Assembly: GCF_018977255.1 (NCBI RefSeq)
Contig: NW_024705355.1
Location: 1 to 52,040, forward strand
Length of the DNA stretch: 52,040 nt
Direction: 5' to 3'
DNA from: Callorhinchus milii
Lineage: Eukaryota
Each line of letters starts with the position of its first letter. The first letter of the stretch is position 1. This document shows, one piece after another, positions 23,905-37,100 of this stretch. Position numbers and translations under genes: made by a program. The notes under the pieces are model-generated. The model saw only the letters and a program-made list of their open reading frames with translations, did no database searches and was not told the origin of the DNA.

Positions 23905-24145
23905 CGCCTCTCTATCCCCTCTCTGCCCTCCCCCTCTCTCTCTACCCCCTCTCTCCCTACTCTATGTTGCTCTTTCTCTCTCTCTGTGTCTTTCTCTCTG
24001 TGTGTCTCTCTCTCTCTCTCTCTGCATCTCTCTGTGTGGGTGTCTCTCTCCGTCGGTGTGTGTGTGTCTCTATATGCGTCTCCCTCTTGTGTGTCTCTTT
24101 GTGTGTGCCTCTCTCTGTGTGTGGATGTATCTCTCTCTCCTTTTC
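23905..24145. repeat. (TC)n/(TG)n microsatellite
   Basis: Low-complexity pyrimidine tract. Confidence 0.9.
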
Positions 24146-24148
24146 CAC

Positions 24149-24432
24149 GATGTGATGTTGTATTTACATACAAATTCCACCTCTAGCCCCCCCCACTTAC
24201 CCTTGGGCTGAGCTTATCTCAAGCCGATGTGGTGTTGTATTTACATGCAAATTCCACCTCTAGCCCTGCCCACTTACCCTTGGGCTGAGCTTATCTCAAG
24301 CCTATATAACTTCGGGTTTCAGCAGCTTTCTCGCTATACGTTTTCACCTGATGATGGTTGCTTGTGTTGCGATCGAAACGTCGTGATCTATTATTTTTTC
24401 TACCTACGTGACTTTACCGAAAGAACCGAAGA
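24149..24432 (+). mobile_element. Penelope-like terminal fragment preceded by a ~78-bp tandem duplication
   Basis: Two copies of gatgt..gttgtatttaca...gagcttatctcaagcc, then a hammerhead and the shared tail ctacgtgactttaccgaaagaacc. Confidence 0.7.
24344..24386 (+). ncRNA. Minimal type I hammerhead ribozyme
   Basis: tcac-CTGATGA-t-ggttgc-ttgtgtt-gcgatc-GAAAC-GTC-gtga. Confidence 0.8.
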
Positions 24433-26479
24433 CTATGGTGATTGTAATGTTGATATTGATAGTCATCGTTGTGGTGGAGGTGGTGATATTGATGGTGGTT
24501 TAACGGTAGCGGTGATTGTGGTGGTTGTAATGGTGGTATTGATGGTGGTAATCGTGGTTGACTATTACCCCTTTCGTGTCCTTCCACCACCAGGTTCAGA
24601 ATCCGCTGGTGTCTGTGCTGGAGGTGGACGTCTGGATATCTGTGCTGTCTGGAGTGGTGGACAATATAGACTCCTGCAGCTCAACCAGGTGGAAGCACTG
24701 GGCAGAGAGCAAGAGGGGTGGCCTTAGAGATCCACTTACTCCCACAGAGAGCCATAGACTCACTCACAGAGTACACTCACACAGAGAGGCAAAGTCTCAC
24801 TGACACAGAGCCATAGACTCACACAGAAAACCATTGATTAACCCACACATAGAACCATCGAGTCACTCGCACATTCTCACACAGAGAGACTCGTATGCAG
24901 TACATCCTCGTCTTTTATGTAACGTGTTTCGCTTAGCACACACCACGCCTACTATAACGCGAGTAGCGCATGACGGACTGCTCTCATGAGTGGTGTGGGT
25001 GTTGGCAGCGTTGTTCTGTGATGCTAGGAGCTGATGCTGTACTGGTGCGTGCTGTTACGTGGCGTGTCATCCTCTTCCTCAGCCTTTGCTCCAGCATCTT
25101 TATGTGTGTAGTGTCATCTCACTCACTCTCTTATAGTTTTCACTCGCCATATCTCCCTTTCACATCCTTTGTATGTATATTAATGGCTGTCACGCAATTA
25201 TTTAGATTATTTGGCTGCTATAAATTTCCACGTCATAAGCCACTTCATTGAGATATCATTTGTGGCCAGGTCGCTTCTTAAAATAAGCTAATAGCTTAGA
25301 GGGCTTTACCTGGTAAGATAAAAATTGTTTATTTTTTGTGTGATTTGCTTACCTTTCCTATACTTTGCACTCCGATTGTGTTTTTGCATCGTTTGTTCTT
25401 ATAACTTTCTGTACCACCCCGACTGAAAATCTGTGAAAAAGGGCTTTTAGATTATTCTAGTATAATGAAAGATTATAATATGGATCTTCTACATATACAC
25501 AACACATTTAAAATAAACATATACAACAGTGTACTGTACTCTCAATTAAAAACAATTATAAAAGTTTGTGCTGAAAAGGAGCCACTCCCCCTTTACCGTT
25601 GTTCCTTATAGACAAGTTTTCTGCTTCATGTTAAATTGCTTGAAGCAGCAATTTTCGACAACGCAACCCCCACGTTAAGCAAGGATCAGCTCTACTCACT
25701 TACACAGAGAACCATATACTCGCACAGAAAGCCATAAACTCACTCGAACAGAGAGACTTGCAGTCATTCACACAGAGCCATCGACTCATTCAAACACAGA
25801 TGATAACAGAGACCCATGAATTTACATTGAGACCCATGGACTCACACAGAGTCCAGTAAACTTACCAAACCCGTAGACTCACAAAACCCATAGACTGGTG
25901 AGCGAGAATTGAACTCTGATCACCATATTTGTAGCGCAGCGCACTCGCCGATACACTACCGTTCACCTTACACACTCACACACGCACTCACATGCTCACT
26001 CATTCACGCAATCAGATGCTCACTTACACACTCACACACTCGCGTTTTCTTGCATGTAGCAATATCTTCAGGAGCTAAATGTCAATTATTGAGGTCTGTT
26101 AAGATCAACGAGTGTGTGGGTATGTGGGTGACATAGCAACAGTGGGTGAGTAGGTGAGTGAAGAGGTGAGCTCATTCGCATGTTGCAGGTCTCCCCAGGA
26201 CACGCCGGGTCATGTTTAGGGTGTGTAACATGTTGATTGACTGGGTGAGTGTTGTGGGTTTGTGAGCGAGTGGGTGAGCTCACTCGCATGTCGCAGGTCT
26301 CCCCAGTGTTTTTCAATCAAAGATGAAACAGATTAATGAGCTTTGAGATTTTTTTTATTGTTTTCGAGTGAGCAGCACGTTACTACAAATATCTCTATTA
26401 CAACTTCATCCATGTAACAGCTGTATCCCTCTTAAACCTCGATTGTCATACAAGCCTCTGGATTTTACATAGGGATCTT

Positions 26480-26810
26480 TTTCTGTGTCCGTGTGACCCA
26501 ATCCTGGGCCTTCCCTTGGTCGACTCCCCCTCGAATGAGTACCTGGTGCAGTGTCTATAATAAACATCAGCACTTGGGAGAGACAAAGGTGGCCGCGTGT
26601 ATGGTGTTGGCCACTTCCCCACAGCGAATTTTGGCAAACCATCGAACAAAGGCAGTCGCTGCATCGCGCTTTCAGAAGCGATTCTGCGGCCGTCTCGAAC
26701 GCTCTTCCTTCTGATATTAGGAAGCCACTGGAGCTGGGCACTTTTACATCTAGATTGAAAACAAATTTCTTTAGAACTACTTTTTGTGCTTAGTTTGTTG
26801 TCCTTCCCCT
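26480..26810 (+). mobile_element. Old SINE-like repeat followed by an L2-type 3' tail
   Basis: The block gtcgactc...aatgagtacctgg...aaacatcagcacttgggagagacaaa recurs at ~39780 (+), ~41000 (-) and ~46870 (-). The tail encodes RAFRSDSAAVSNALPSDIRK..FTSRLKTNFF, resembling the L2 ORF2 C-terminus, and recurs at ~46260-46390. Confidence 0.6.
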
Positions 26811-26909
26811 GCACCTCTAATTAGCACGGTTGGCTACGTACCGTGCAAAAGAAGTTCAATATACAAAATAAATGTTTATGAAGCCATCCAGATATATAAA
26901 CATAGACAT

Positions 26910-27445
26910 AACTTCAACCGATAAGATGGATACAAATTGAGCAATCATTGGAAAGATGTTATTAACCAAGTTAAAATTTAATTGTTCTTAGTTGCTCTAT
27001 CTTATTTGCCGGGTACTAGTCTATTTTACTGAGTTAATTGTATCCTCAGCGTTCAGCAGTGCGACGATTTAGTTTTGGGCTCCACCATCATTTATCTTGC
27101 AGCAATCGTGTTGCCGGTATGCTCCCCCTCTCCCACCCTGTGCATCTCTCGGAACCCCAGCCTGGAAATTCTAGCCCCGCCCACTTCCCCCCCACCCAGT
27201 CTCGTGTCCCATTCCCTAGCGTACACGCAATGCTCACTCGCTCCCTGTCCCCCCCTCTACCGCCCTCTCTGCCTTATATGTAAAGCCTTCCTAACTCAGG
27301 CATCTCTCCCACTTCAGTAAAACATTTCTTGCTGTGGTTGTCATACTTGATGATTGCTTGTGTTGCAATCGAAACGTCGTGATGTAATTTACTTTAATTT
27401 ACTTTTATTTTCATCTACGTGACTTTACCGAAAGAACCAAAGAGT
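26910..27445 (+). mobile_element. Penelope-like element 3' end (GIY-YIG C-terminal motif, decayed hammerhead, tail)
   Basis: FNR*DGYKLSNHWKDVIN at ~26912-26968, hammerhead remnant at 27345-27382, then the shared tail. Confidence 0.75.
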
Positions 27446-28111
27446 ATAAAGTGTATTTGTTTAGCCAGGTTTTAACCTGGATAGATTCAATTACAAGTGT
27501 GATCTGAGGCACCAGAATCGAAAACTAAGAAATTAGAGCAATGAAGAGAATTCAGAGCAAAAACAACTTTAAAACAATCATTAATAAATGTATTCGAGCT
27601 GAAGTCGACTTGGAAGATTTTTAGACCAATCATAGCGCAATTAAAAGTTAAAATACATGAATATTAAACAGATATAGCGTGACTATTGAAGTCAAACGTG
27701 AAGAGACTGTGATATGTGCATGAGTGTGATACACAACCCTATGTACGTACATTCATGAAAAAACATTCCTACTGAGTAAAAGCATGGTGAGCTGCCAGAC
27801 CATTTCAAATCCCGCCCCCCCCGCATGCCCCCGCCACCCCTCCCCCACCACCCCCAACATTGTTTCTCTACACCACATTAATAAATACGGTTACACATCA
27901 TCGGAATCACCACGCTCATCAGCATCTTAGAGCTGCGTTCACTCTCGGCTCCGTGTGGAGCTCACAGAGAAAGCTCCCACTCATTGTCGTCTCAGCCCGG
28001 CTCAGAGTCGGTGTCGGTGATCGGAGTCGTGGAAGTGAAATGCGCCGGGCTGCTGTGCGAGTCACGCGTGGGGCAGCTCCGTCTGTTGCAGGGCCAGCGT
28101 CACCTCTCCGC

Positions 28112-28199
28112 TTAAATCGACAAACGCAGGTCTCCTCTGTGAGTCCATTTCCTCCTCAGCTCCTGCTTCCTCTCCTTACTGAAGTCATTGCTCCACACC
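28112..28199 (-). CDS. NLR terminal exon
   Basis: ctgtgctgtag acceptor; reads (K)VWSNDFSKERKQELRRKWTHRGDLRLSI*. Confidence 0.75.
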
Positions 28200-31100
28200 C
28201 TACAGCACAGAGAGAGGTTCACGCTGACGCGGGTTCACACGGAGCCTCGGGCAGCTCCCCACAGTTCGAGACCGACGCAGCCCCCACAACAACCATGCTG
28301 GATGAAGGTCTCCCCATGCCATGAGAGCTGCTTTACCATACTTCACCACGCAGGTCATTGCAGGTCTGTGACGGCAAGGACTGCAGATCTAGGATCGTAG
28401 AATAGTTCAAGGGTAGATTGTGCTGCACACCGCAGTCTGTTGCCCGCAACTTAGCTCTGCTGCCTATAACGCCTGTGGTTATGTGCGGTGGTCAACCATC
28501 TACGCACTATCCAGGCTCAATCCTGCTTACCTTGCAGATTTGAGATCAGGGCATTCCCAGTGGTTTGGCCATGTGCCTGCATCTGATATAATGAACATTA
28601 CATGCACTGGAATACATCCACTACTAATCCCATTTCTGACAATGGCTCTGATAGCACATAAACGTTATGTGAAGGAAGCCCATTGCCCAAAACGTTGCCT
28701 TTTCCATATTTGTTCTGTTAAGGCCACAGTGTTACTAACGAATCTAAGTTGTATTCTTGGTTCTTTCGGTAAAGTCACGTAGAAGGGAAATAATAAAATA
28801 ATAAAAACAAAACAATTCTTTTTCTTATGGTCTATTTAATTATTTGATTTTTTATTATTTCCCTTCTATGTGACTTTTCCGAAAGAACCAAGAATATTAA
28901 TCCCTGCAGTCACGAAAGCTTTAAATTGGATATCTAAGTTGTTTTGTCTGTAGCAACAGAGCACATGTGAGACACGAGTAGCAGAGCTTACTTGAACTCC
29001 TTCAATGCTTTGTTGGTGATCATGATGTCATGAAGAGCTGGGATCGATTTGTCTGTCAGTGAGCAGTGATGCAGACTACAGGGAGAGAAGAGGCAATGAG
29101 TGGGGTGAAATTGGAAAATAAAAAGTGTACACACGGAAGAAATGGAGAGCAACTCAACATCCTTCAATACAATTACAAGGGAGTAAATCTCGTAGAATCA
29201 GTTAAACAAAGAGGTAGGGAGTGATCATTGCGGACCCAGCAACGCAACCCTACTTGTCTATTATTTGTTTAATGCGGCTTTGTCCAACACGGCATTTTCC
29301 AGGAACATAACACCTCGCATTCGGCGAGGTTTGCCTGTGCGATGGTGTCCATGAAAGGCCACTGTAGATACAGGCAGTCAGAATCAAAATCTGAATATTT
29401 AAATTGGAGAATCCGAAAAGCTATAAAGCTCATTATCACAGAAGCCCACGCTACCCATTTCGAGGCCAAGGCTGGTTTAAACTGTATATTGGGTAAGGAT
29501 AAAAATAATGTTAAAATGTATAGGGTCGGCGTATAAGAGTCATTGGTGACTTTATGGCTTTAATAAGGATCATGTTGTTGTGTTATTAATGTAAACGTAT
29601 GGGTGGCCAATTAATATCAAGCTTGCAGCCGTTCGTTATATTAAATTCTTAATTTTAATTTATAACGTTAAACACAGATGATCATCGATTATATCCAGAG
29701 CGTGCCTATCTGGCTTCCAACATCTGGTGAAACCGGTAAAACCTCTCCAAAGGCTGTACCATTCCGGCGACTGCCACCATGTGCGTGACAAAACAAGTAG
29801 CTACGCTTTATTTCAGGATCAAATACTATATACAGTACATTACACACTACATACAACTTAAACAATGAAAATACTGCACGTATATAAATGTTTCATGACT
29901 AATAACTACAGTCATAGAAACAGAAAACATACAGTGTGATCTGGCGAAAATTGCGTGCAATTCGGCGTTCACTAGAGCACCGATCTGAAGGCTGCATCAG
30001 TCCGGTGATTGTCAAACACAAGTTGTTGTTGTCAAACACAAGTTGTCTAACACAAGGTGTTGTCAAACACAAGTTGTTGTCAAACACAAGTTGACGTCAA
30101 ACACAAGTTGTTGAACAAGAGCGTAGTACGCACATCAGCCCTTGCGGAGTCTTCAATATTGGAGTGGTGAGTGCGGTACAGTAAATACAGTAACTTTTTA
30201 CAGCAGGATATACATTTTTCTTTGTAGATTTATTTCAGAGATTTTACATCGCAAACTATTTTAAAACACTAAATATATACAGAACACTTTAAAATATAAT
30301 TTTCAAGAATATGCAAAAATAAGCTATTTTAAACAATGATGCGATTATCGAGTGTTTTTGAAAATCCGGACCCCCTTCTCCCCGAAGCGCCAGATAATAG
30401 ATCTATTGTCTTAGCAGAATATAATTTGAAAAAATATTGTTAGAGTAGGTAACGTGACAATTGTAATGGTATTGTGATTTAATAGTGGTTTAAAGTGCTG
30501 TAATAAGTGTGGCTAATAACTTAATTGATGCACACAAAAAAAAGTTATAATAGATGTTAAAATACTGTACAACATTATGATGCTATACCGAGTATCTTTG
30601 TGTTTTGTGTCCGCATATGTGTATATATTTGTTTAGGTGTACTTATATAAGTGTGTGTGCATCAGGACATTACTCACTATAACGTCTCCAAACTCCCTTC
30701 TCTCCCCAACATCCCGTCCACTAAAAGTCTGAGTCCGCTGTCTCCGATCTTGTTGCCACGCAGCCTAAACCCGGGTGGACAGGAGAAGTGACAGCGCTGA
30801 CTCACTGAGCCCACGGGAACCGCGGAGTCAAACACGCCGTGAGTGAGGGACACTCATAATGGCGGTGAACATGACCAGAGCACACGCGTTCATGAGAAAA
30901 GCTGCTCATTGTTTAATGCTTCTGTGTTATACATTTTATATATAACAGGTGGCTTTCACAAATATCAGTTTACTCCCAATCATCCATTCAATTATACTGC
31001 ACTGCACCTTTCTAATATAAAAAGTGTTTGTGTTTTCTCAACACAAAGTTTCAACAGAGGTCACACACAAGTACATTTTCATCGAGGAACACAGGAGATG

Positions 31101-34100
31101 TTTACAATTAATTAGTGTATCTGTTAACAACATGAATATTACTTTAGCCTACGTGTTAAATTAAACAAATGTGTTAAGATTACAGTAAAAATTTTGAAAG
31201 TGGACTCGATTAAGCAGGACAGCAAGATTAAATGTGTTTACATTTAAATGTTTACTTCACGACGCGCTGCACCAACAATTAGCACAGTTCGTGCACAGAG
31301 CACATGTGAAAACGAACAGCAGAGCTTACCAGAGATTCTTCAATCCTGTGTTGGCCTTGAGGATGACACTGAGAGAGGAACCCGACTTGTCTGTCAGTGA
31401 ACACTCATACAGGCTGCAGGGAGAGAAGAGCCGGTGAGTGGGGCAGAGAGGATGGGTAGAGGGTCTGGGCACAGAGTGGGGGATGGTGAGGGATGGTGAG
31501 AGGTGGTGGTGGTTGACGGAACAGTGGTTGAGGGTCGTGTTTGTGAAGATTGTGCACATATTCTTGGGTATTTCGGTAAAGTCAAGTAGATAGGTTCAAA
31601 TAACATAACAGATCACAAAAACTACGATGTTTCGATCGCAACACAAGCGATCGTCATCAGGAGAAAAGCTGCTGAGGCAGGCTGTTTTAAAGGTTTGAAA
31701 TGGGTGTAGTCCAAAGGTCATATGGGTGACTACACCCATTTCAAACCTTTAAAGCAGCCTGCCTCAGCAGCTTCCCTGCTCTTTTAATTACACGCTTTCT
31801 ATTAACTCACTCTGTTGTTGTCGTATCCTCAAGTATATAAATATTTCATGACTAATAACTACAGTAACAGAAACAGTAATATACAGTGCGATCCAGCGAA
31901 AATTGCGTGCAATTCGGCGTTCGCCAGAGCACCGATCTGAAGGCTGCATCAGTCCGACGATTCTCAAACACAAGTTGTTGTTGTCAAACACGAGTTGTTG
32001 TTAAACACAAGTTGTTGTCGTTAAACACAAGTTGTTGTCGTTAAACACAAGTAGTTGTCAAACATAAGTTGTTAAAACAAGTTGTTGTCGTCAAACACAA
32101 GTTGTTGTCGTCAAACACAAGTTGTTGTCGTTAAACACAAGTAGTTGTCATCAAACACAAGTTGTTGTCATCAAACACAAGTTGATGAACAAGAGCGTAG
32201 TACGCACATCACCCCATGCAGTCTTCGATATTGGAGTGGTGAGTGCGGTACAGTAAATATTCACTTTTTACAGCAGGATATTTATTTTGTCTGTATATTT
32301 AAGCGATTTTAATATCGCAAACAATTTTAAAAGACTAAATATATATAACAGCTAAAAACATAATCTTATTCAAAAATCTGCAAAGATAAGCCATTTTAAA
32401 TAATGACGCGATTATCTGGTGTTTTTGAAAATCAAGTACTGTACCCCCTTCCCTCCGAAACCGCTGGATATAATCGATGATCTACTGTATTAACATTATA
32501 TAGTTTGAAACAATATCATTGGTTAGAGTAGGTAATGTGACACTTGTAATTGTATTGTTATTTAATAGTGGTTAAAAGTGCTGTAATAAGTGTGGCTAAT
32601 AACGTAATTGATGAGTGCATAAAAAATAAAGTTACAAGACGTAAAAATACATTATGCTATACTGAGTATCTTTGTGTTTTGTGTCTGTATGTGTGTATAT
32701 ATCTGATTAGGTGTGCTTATATTAGTGTGGGTGCATCAGGACATTACTCACTTTAACGTCTCCAAACTCCCTTCTCTCCCCAACATCCCGTCCGCTAAAA
32801 GTCTGAGTCCGGTGTCTCCGATCTCGTTTTTACTCAGCCTAAACCCGCGTGGACGGGAGAAGGGACAGCGCTGACTCACTCAGCCCACGGGAACCGCGGA
32901 GTCAAACACGCGGTGAGTGAGGGACACTCACAATGGCGTTGCACGTGACGAGAGCACACACGTTCACGAGCAAAGCTGCTCATTGTTTAATGCTTCTGTG
33001 TTAGATATTTTATATATAACAGGTGGCATTCACAAATATCAGTTTACTCAAAATCATCCATTCAATTATACTGCACTGTACCTTTCTAATATAAAAAGTG
33101 TTTGTGTTTTCTCAACACAAAGTTACAGAGGATCACACACAAGTACATTTTCATCGAGGAACACAGGGAGACGTTTACAATTAATTAATGGATCTGCTAA
33201 CAACATGAATATTGCTTTAGCCTACGTGTTAAACTAAACAAATGTGTTAAGATTATAGTAAAACATTTTTAAATTGGACTCGATTAAGCAGGACAGCAAG
33301 ATTAAATGTGTTCACATTTAAATGTTTACTTCACGACGCGTTGCACCAACAATTAGCACAGTTCGTGCACAGAGCACATGTGAGAAACGAACAGCAGAGC
33401 TTACTCGAGAATCTGCAAACTTGTGTTGGCCTTGAGGATGACACTGAGAGAGGAACCCGACTTGTCCGTCAGTGAACACAGACGCAGGCTGCAGGGAGAG
33501 AAGAGACGGTGAGTGGGGGCAGAGAGGATGGGTGGAGGGTCTGGGCACAGAGTGGGGGATGGTGAGGGATGGTTAGAGGTGGTGGTGGTTGACGAGACAG
33601 TGGTTGAGGGTCGTGTTTGTGGAGACTGTGCACGTATTCTTGGGTATTTATGTAAAGTCAAGTAGATAGGTTCAAATAAAATAACAAAGGTAACAAAAAA
33701 CTACGACGTTTCAATCGCAACACAAGTGATCGTCATCAGGAGAAAAAAGAGCGGGGAAGCTATTGAGGCAGGCTGCTTTAAAGGTTTGAAATAGGTGCAG
33801 TTACCCATGACCCTTGGACTACACCCATTTAAAACCTTTAAAACAGCCTGCCTCAGCAGCTTTCCCTCCCTTTTTTCTCCTGATGACGATCGCTTGTGTT
33901 GCGATCGAAACGTCGTAGTTTTTTATTTGAACCTATCTACGTGACTTTACCGAAAGACCCAAGAATATGAATTCCTGAAATCACGAAAGTTTTGAAACAA
34001 AATTTGATCTATGACGTTAAATACAGATGATCATCGATTAAATCCAGTTCGTGTTTATCTGGCTTCCAACATCCGGTGAAGCCGCTGCAAAGGCTGTACC

Positions 34101-37100
34101 AGTCTGGCGATTGGCACCATGTGCATGACAAAACAAGTAGCTTTGCTTTATTTCAGTGTCAAATAATATATACAGTACATTATACACGACATACAACAAC
34201 TTAAACGATGAAAATACTGCGCGTACACGTTCATGAAAAATGTGTATTTTACAAATTTTTTATAAATGTTTCATGACTAATAACTACAGTAATAGAAGCA
34301 GAAAATATACAGTGCGATCTGGTGAAAATTGCGTGCAATTCGGCGTTCGCCAGAGCACCGATCTGAAGGCTGCATCAGTCAGACGATTGTCAAACACAAG
34401 TTGTTGTCAAACACAAGTTGTTGTCGTTAAAGACAAGTTATCGTTAAACACAAGTAGTTGTTGTCAAACACAAGTTGTTGTTAAACACAAGTTGTTGTCA
34501 AACACAAGTTGTCAAACACAAGTTGTTGAACAAGAGCATAGTACGCACATCACCCCATGCAGTCTTCGATATTGGAGTGGTGAGAGCGGTACAGTAAATA
34601 GTCACTTTTTACAGCAGGATATTTATTTTGTCTGTATATTTAAGCGATTTTAATATCGCAAACAATTTTAAAAGACTAAATATTTATAACAGCTAAAAAC
34701 ATAATCTTATTCAAGAATCTGCAAAGATAATCCATTTTAAATAATGACGCGATTATCTGGTGTTTTTGAAAATCAAGTACTGTACCCCCTTCCCTCCGAA
34801 ACCGCTGGATATAATCTATGATCTACTGTATTAACATAATATAGTTTGAAACAATATCATTGGTTAGAGTAGGTAATGTGACACTTGTAATTGTATTGTT
34901 ATTTAATAGTGGTTAAAAGTGCTGTAATAAGTGGCTAATAACTTAATTGATGAGTGCATAAAAAATAAAGTTACAAGACGTAAAAATACATTATGCTATA
35001 CTGAGTATCTTTGTGTTTTGTGTCTGTGTGTGTATATATTTGTTTAGGTGTGCTTATATTAGTGTGGGTGCATCAGGACATTACTCACTTTAACGTCTCC
35101 AAACTCCCTTCTCTCCCCAACATCCCGCCCGCTAAAAGTCTGAGTCCGGTGTCTCCGATCTCGTTTTTACTCAGCCTAAACCCGGGTGGACGGGAGAAGG
35201 GACAGTGCTGACTCACTCAGCCCACGGGAGACGCGGAGTCAAACACGCGGTGAGTGAGGGACACTCACAATGGCGGTGCACGTGACCAGACCACACACAT
35301 TCACGAGCAAAGCTGCTCATTGTTTAATGCTTCTGTGTTAGACATTTTATATATAATAGGTGACATTCACAAATATCAGTTTACTCACAATCATCCATTC
35401 ATTTATACTGCACTGTACCCTTATAATCTGAAACGTGTTTGTGTTTATAGGGGTATTGTTTTGCCAGACCTCGTAAACACGCACACAGTAAATCAAGTAA
35501 ATAACTCATGAAATAAACTTAAAATGCAAACCAGCAATAGAAACATGATAATATATTGTTCTAAGCATAGAAAACATGCAATTACTTAATGCTACAAAAG
35601 GAAAATAATTACGTAATGCAATACAAAACTTTACCTTAATCCTCGTGAAGCTCGGGCTCGGTTGAGGCGGGGCTTACGCCTTGCTCCGCAGTAGACATCC
35701 GCAACCTCAACTCGCTGCACTAGTTGCACTTATGTAACTAATGCAAACATTTCCACACGTTGATTTTTTTTACATGATTTATGGGAGCATTTCCGTAAAT
35801 TCGGACTTCCATAAACCTGCGACTGCCTGCACATACATGCGTATATTAACTAATTTTGTCCATGGTGCACTCAGATCACTGGACGAATTGCGTCTTATGA
35901 TGTCAATCCTTATTATATGAAGATTGCTTGCATTTATTTTTATGTAAAAAATACTGTAACATTAAAACAACTGCAGACTCAAACAGGGGTGTGTATAAGT
36001 GTGTGTGAGTGTGTTCAGATTGGAAGGCATGGGCCAGATCAGCTCAATAACAACGGTAGGAGGCTGCTAGATTTTTGTGCAGCCCATGGGCTTGTAATTA
36101 CCAACGCGCTCTTCCGGCATCGGCGCATCCACACAACATCATGGATGCATGCCGGGTCCAAGCAAGAACATCTGCTGGACTACATAGTGACGGACCAGCG
36201 GATGCGAGCCCATGTCCTTGACACCAGGACCTACCGTGGAGCTGATCTGCCCTCTGACCATCGACTAGTCATCTGTAAGATGCGCCTGCCATTCTTCCAC
36301 TCCGGTGGTGGGTGTACACCCAGGACCCCATTCCAACCTAAAGTGGCCTGGTCTCAGTTAGCTGATGAAAGTTGCAAGCGAGAATTTCATCATCGCTTGC
36401 AGCTGGGGTTGGCATCGTCCCCCACTCCTCCTGATGTCGAGGGTAAATGGGCGAGGTTTAGGACTGTGACTCATGCAGCTGCAATGGCTGCTTTGGGTAC
36501 GTGGTCCAGACCTCCCCAGAAACCCTGGCTGACAGAGGAGGTGTTCAGGTTAGTTGAGAAAAAGCGACAGGCCCACTCTCATCGCTACAGCATCCCACGT
36601 CAGAGAATGAGGAGGTTTACCGCAGCCTTCGCTCGGAGGTTCGGAGAGCCGTAAGGCGCTGCAAGGATGGGTGGTGGTCGCGGGTTGCTGAGGAGATGGA
36701 GTCTGCCTCAGTGGCCCGCGATCACAAATCACTATTTAACTCCATCAAAAAAGTAACCTGCAGCGCCACACCTATTACCATCATTAGGGAAAAAACGGTG
36801 ATCCAATCTCCGACCCCCAGGAACAGGTTTGCAGATTTGCTGAGCATTTCTGTGAGGTCCTGGGGGAGGGGAAATCCTCAGCCAGGAAAACATCATGGCA
36901 CAAAGTGGGGATAACCCTGCTGAGGCTGCGGTGCCTCAAATATTGGAAGAGGTCACCCCCTGTGAGTGGCTGGCTGAGGTGCCATCTGTTGAGGAAGTAC
37001 TGAAGGCGATCCGGAGTCTGAGACCAGGAAAGGCACCGGGCAGAGATGATCTCCCAAGCGAAATGCTGAGGGAGGGTGGCGTTTGTGCACAGACTGCCCT

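Larger units (their letters stand above)
29660..35450. repeat. Tandem duplication of a two-LRR-exon cassette (~29660-31775, ~31835-33995, ~34010-35450 partial)
   Basis: Intronic sequence repeats collinearly, including a caaacacaagttgttgt minisatellite in each unit (~30010-30116, ~31965-32190, ~34390-34530). Confidence 0.92.

Noticed and set aside
27860..28324. 154-aa plus-strand ORF
   Set aside because: Antisense shadow of the NLR last exon and 3' UTR; no homology recognised.
30010..34530. CRISPR-like array of short repeats
   Set aside because: Head-to-tail minisatellite without unique spacers, in eukaryotic introns, with no cas genes.
28992..35175. VLR (variable lymphocyte receptor) donor cassettes
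   Set aside because: The repeats are 28/29-aa RI-type with splice sites and splice in frame to a NACHT exon; VLR modules are 24-aa LRRs.
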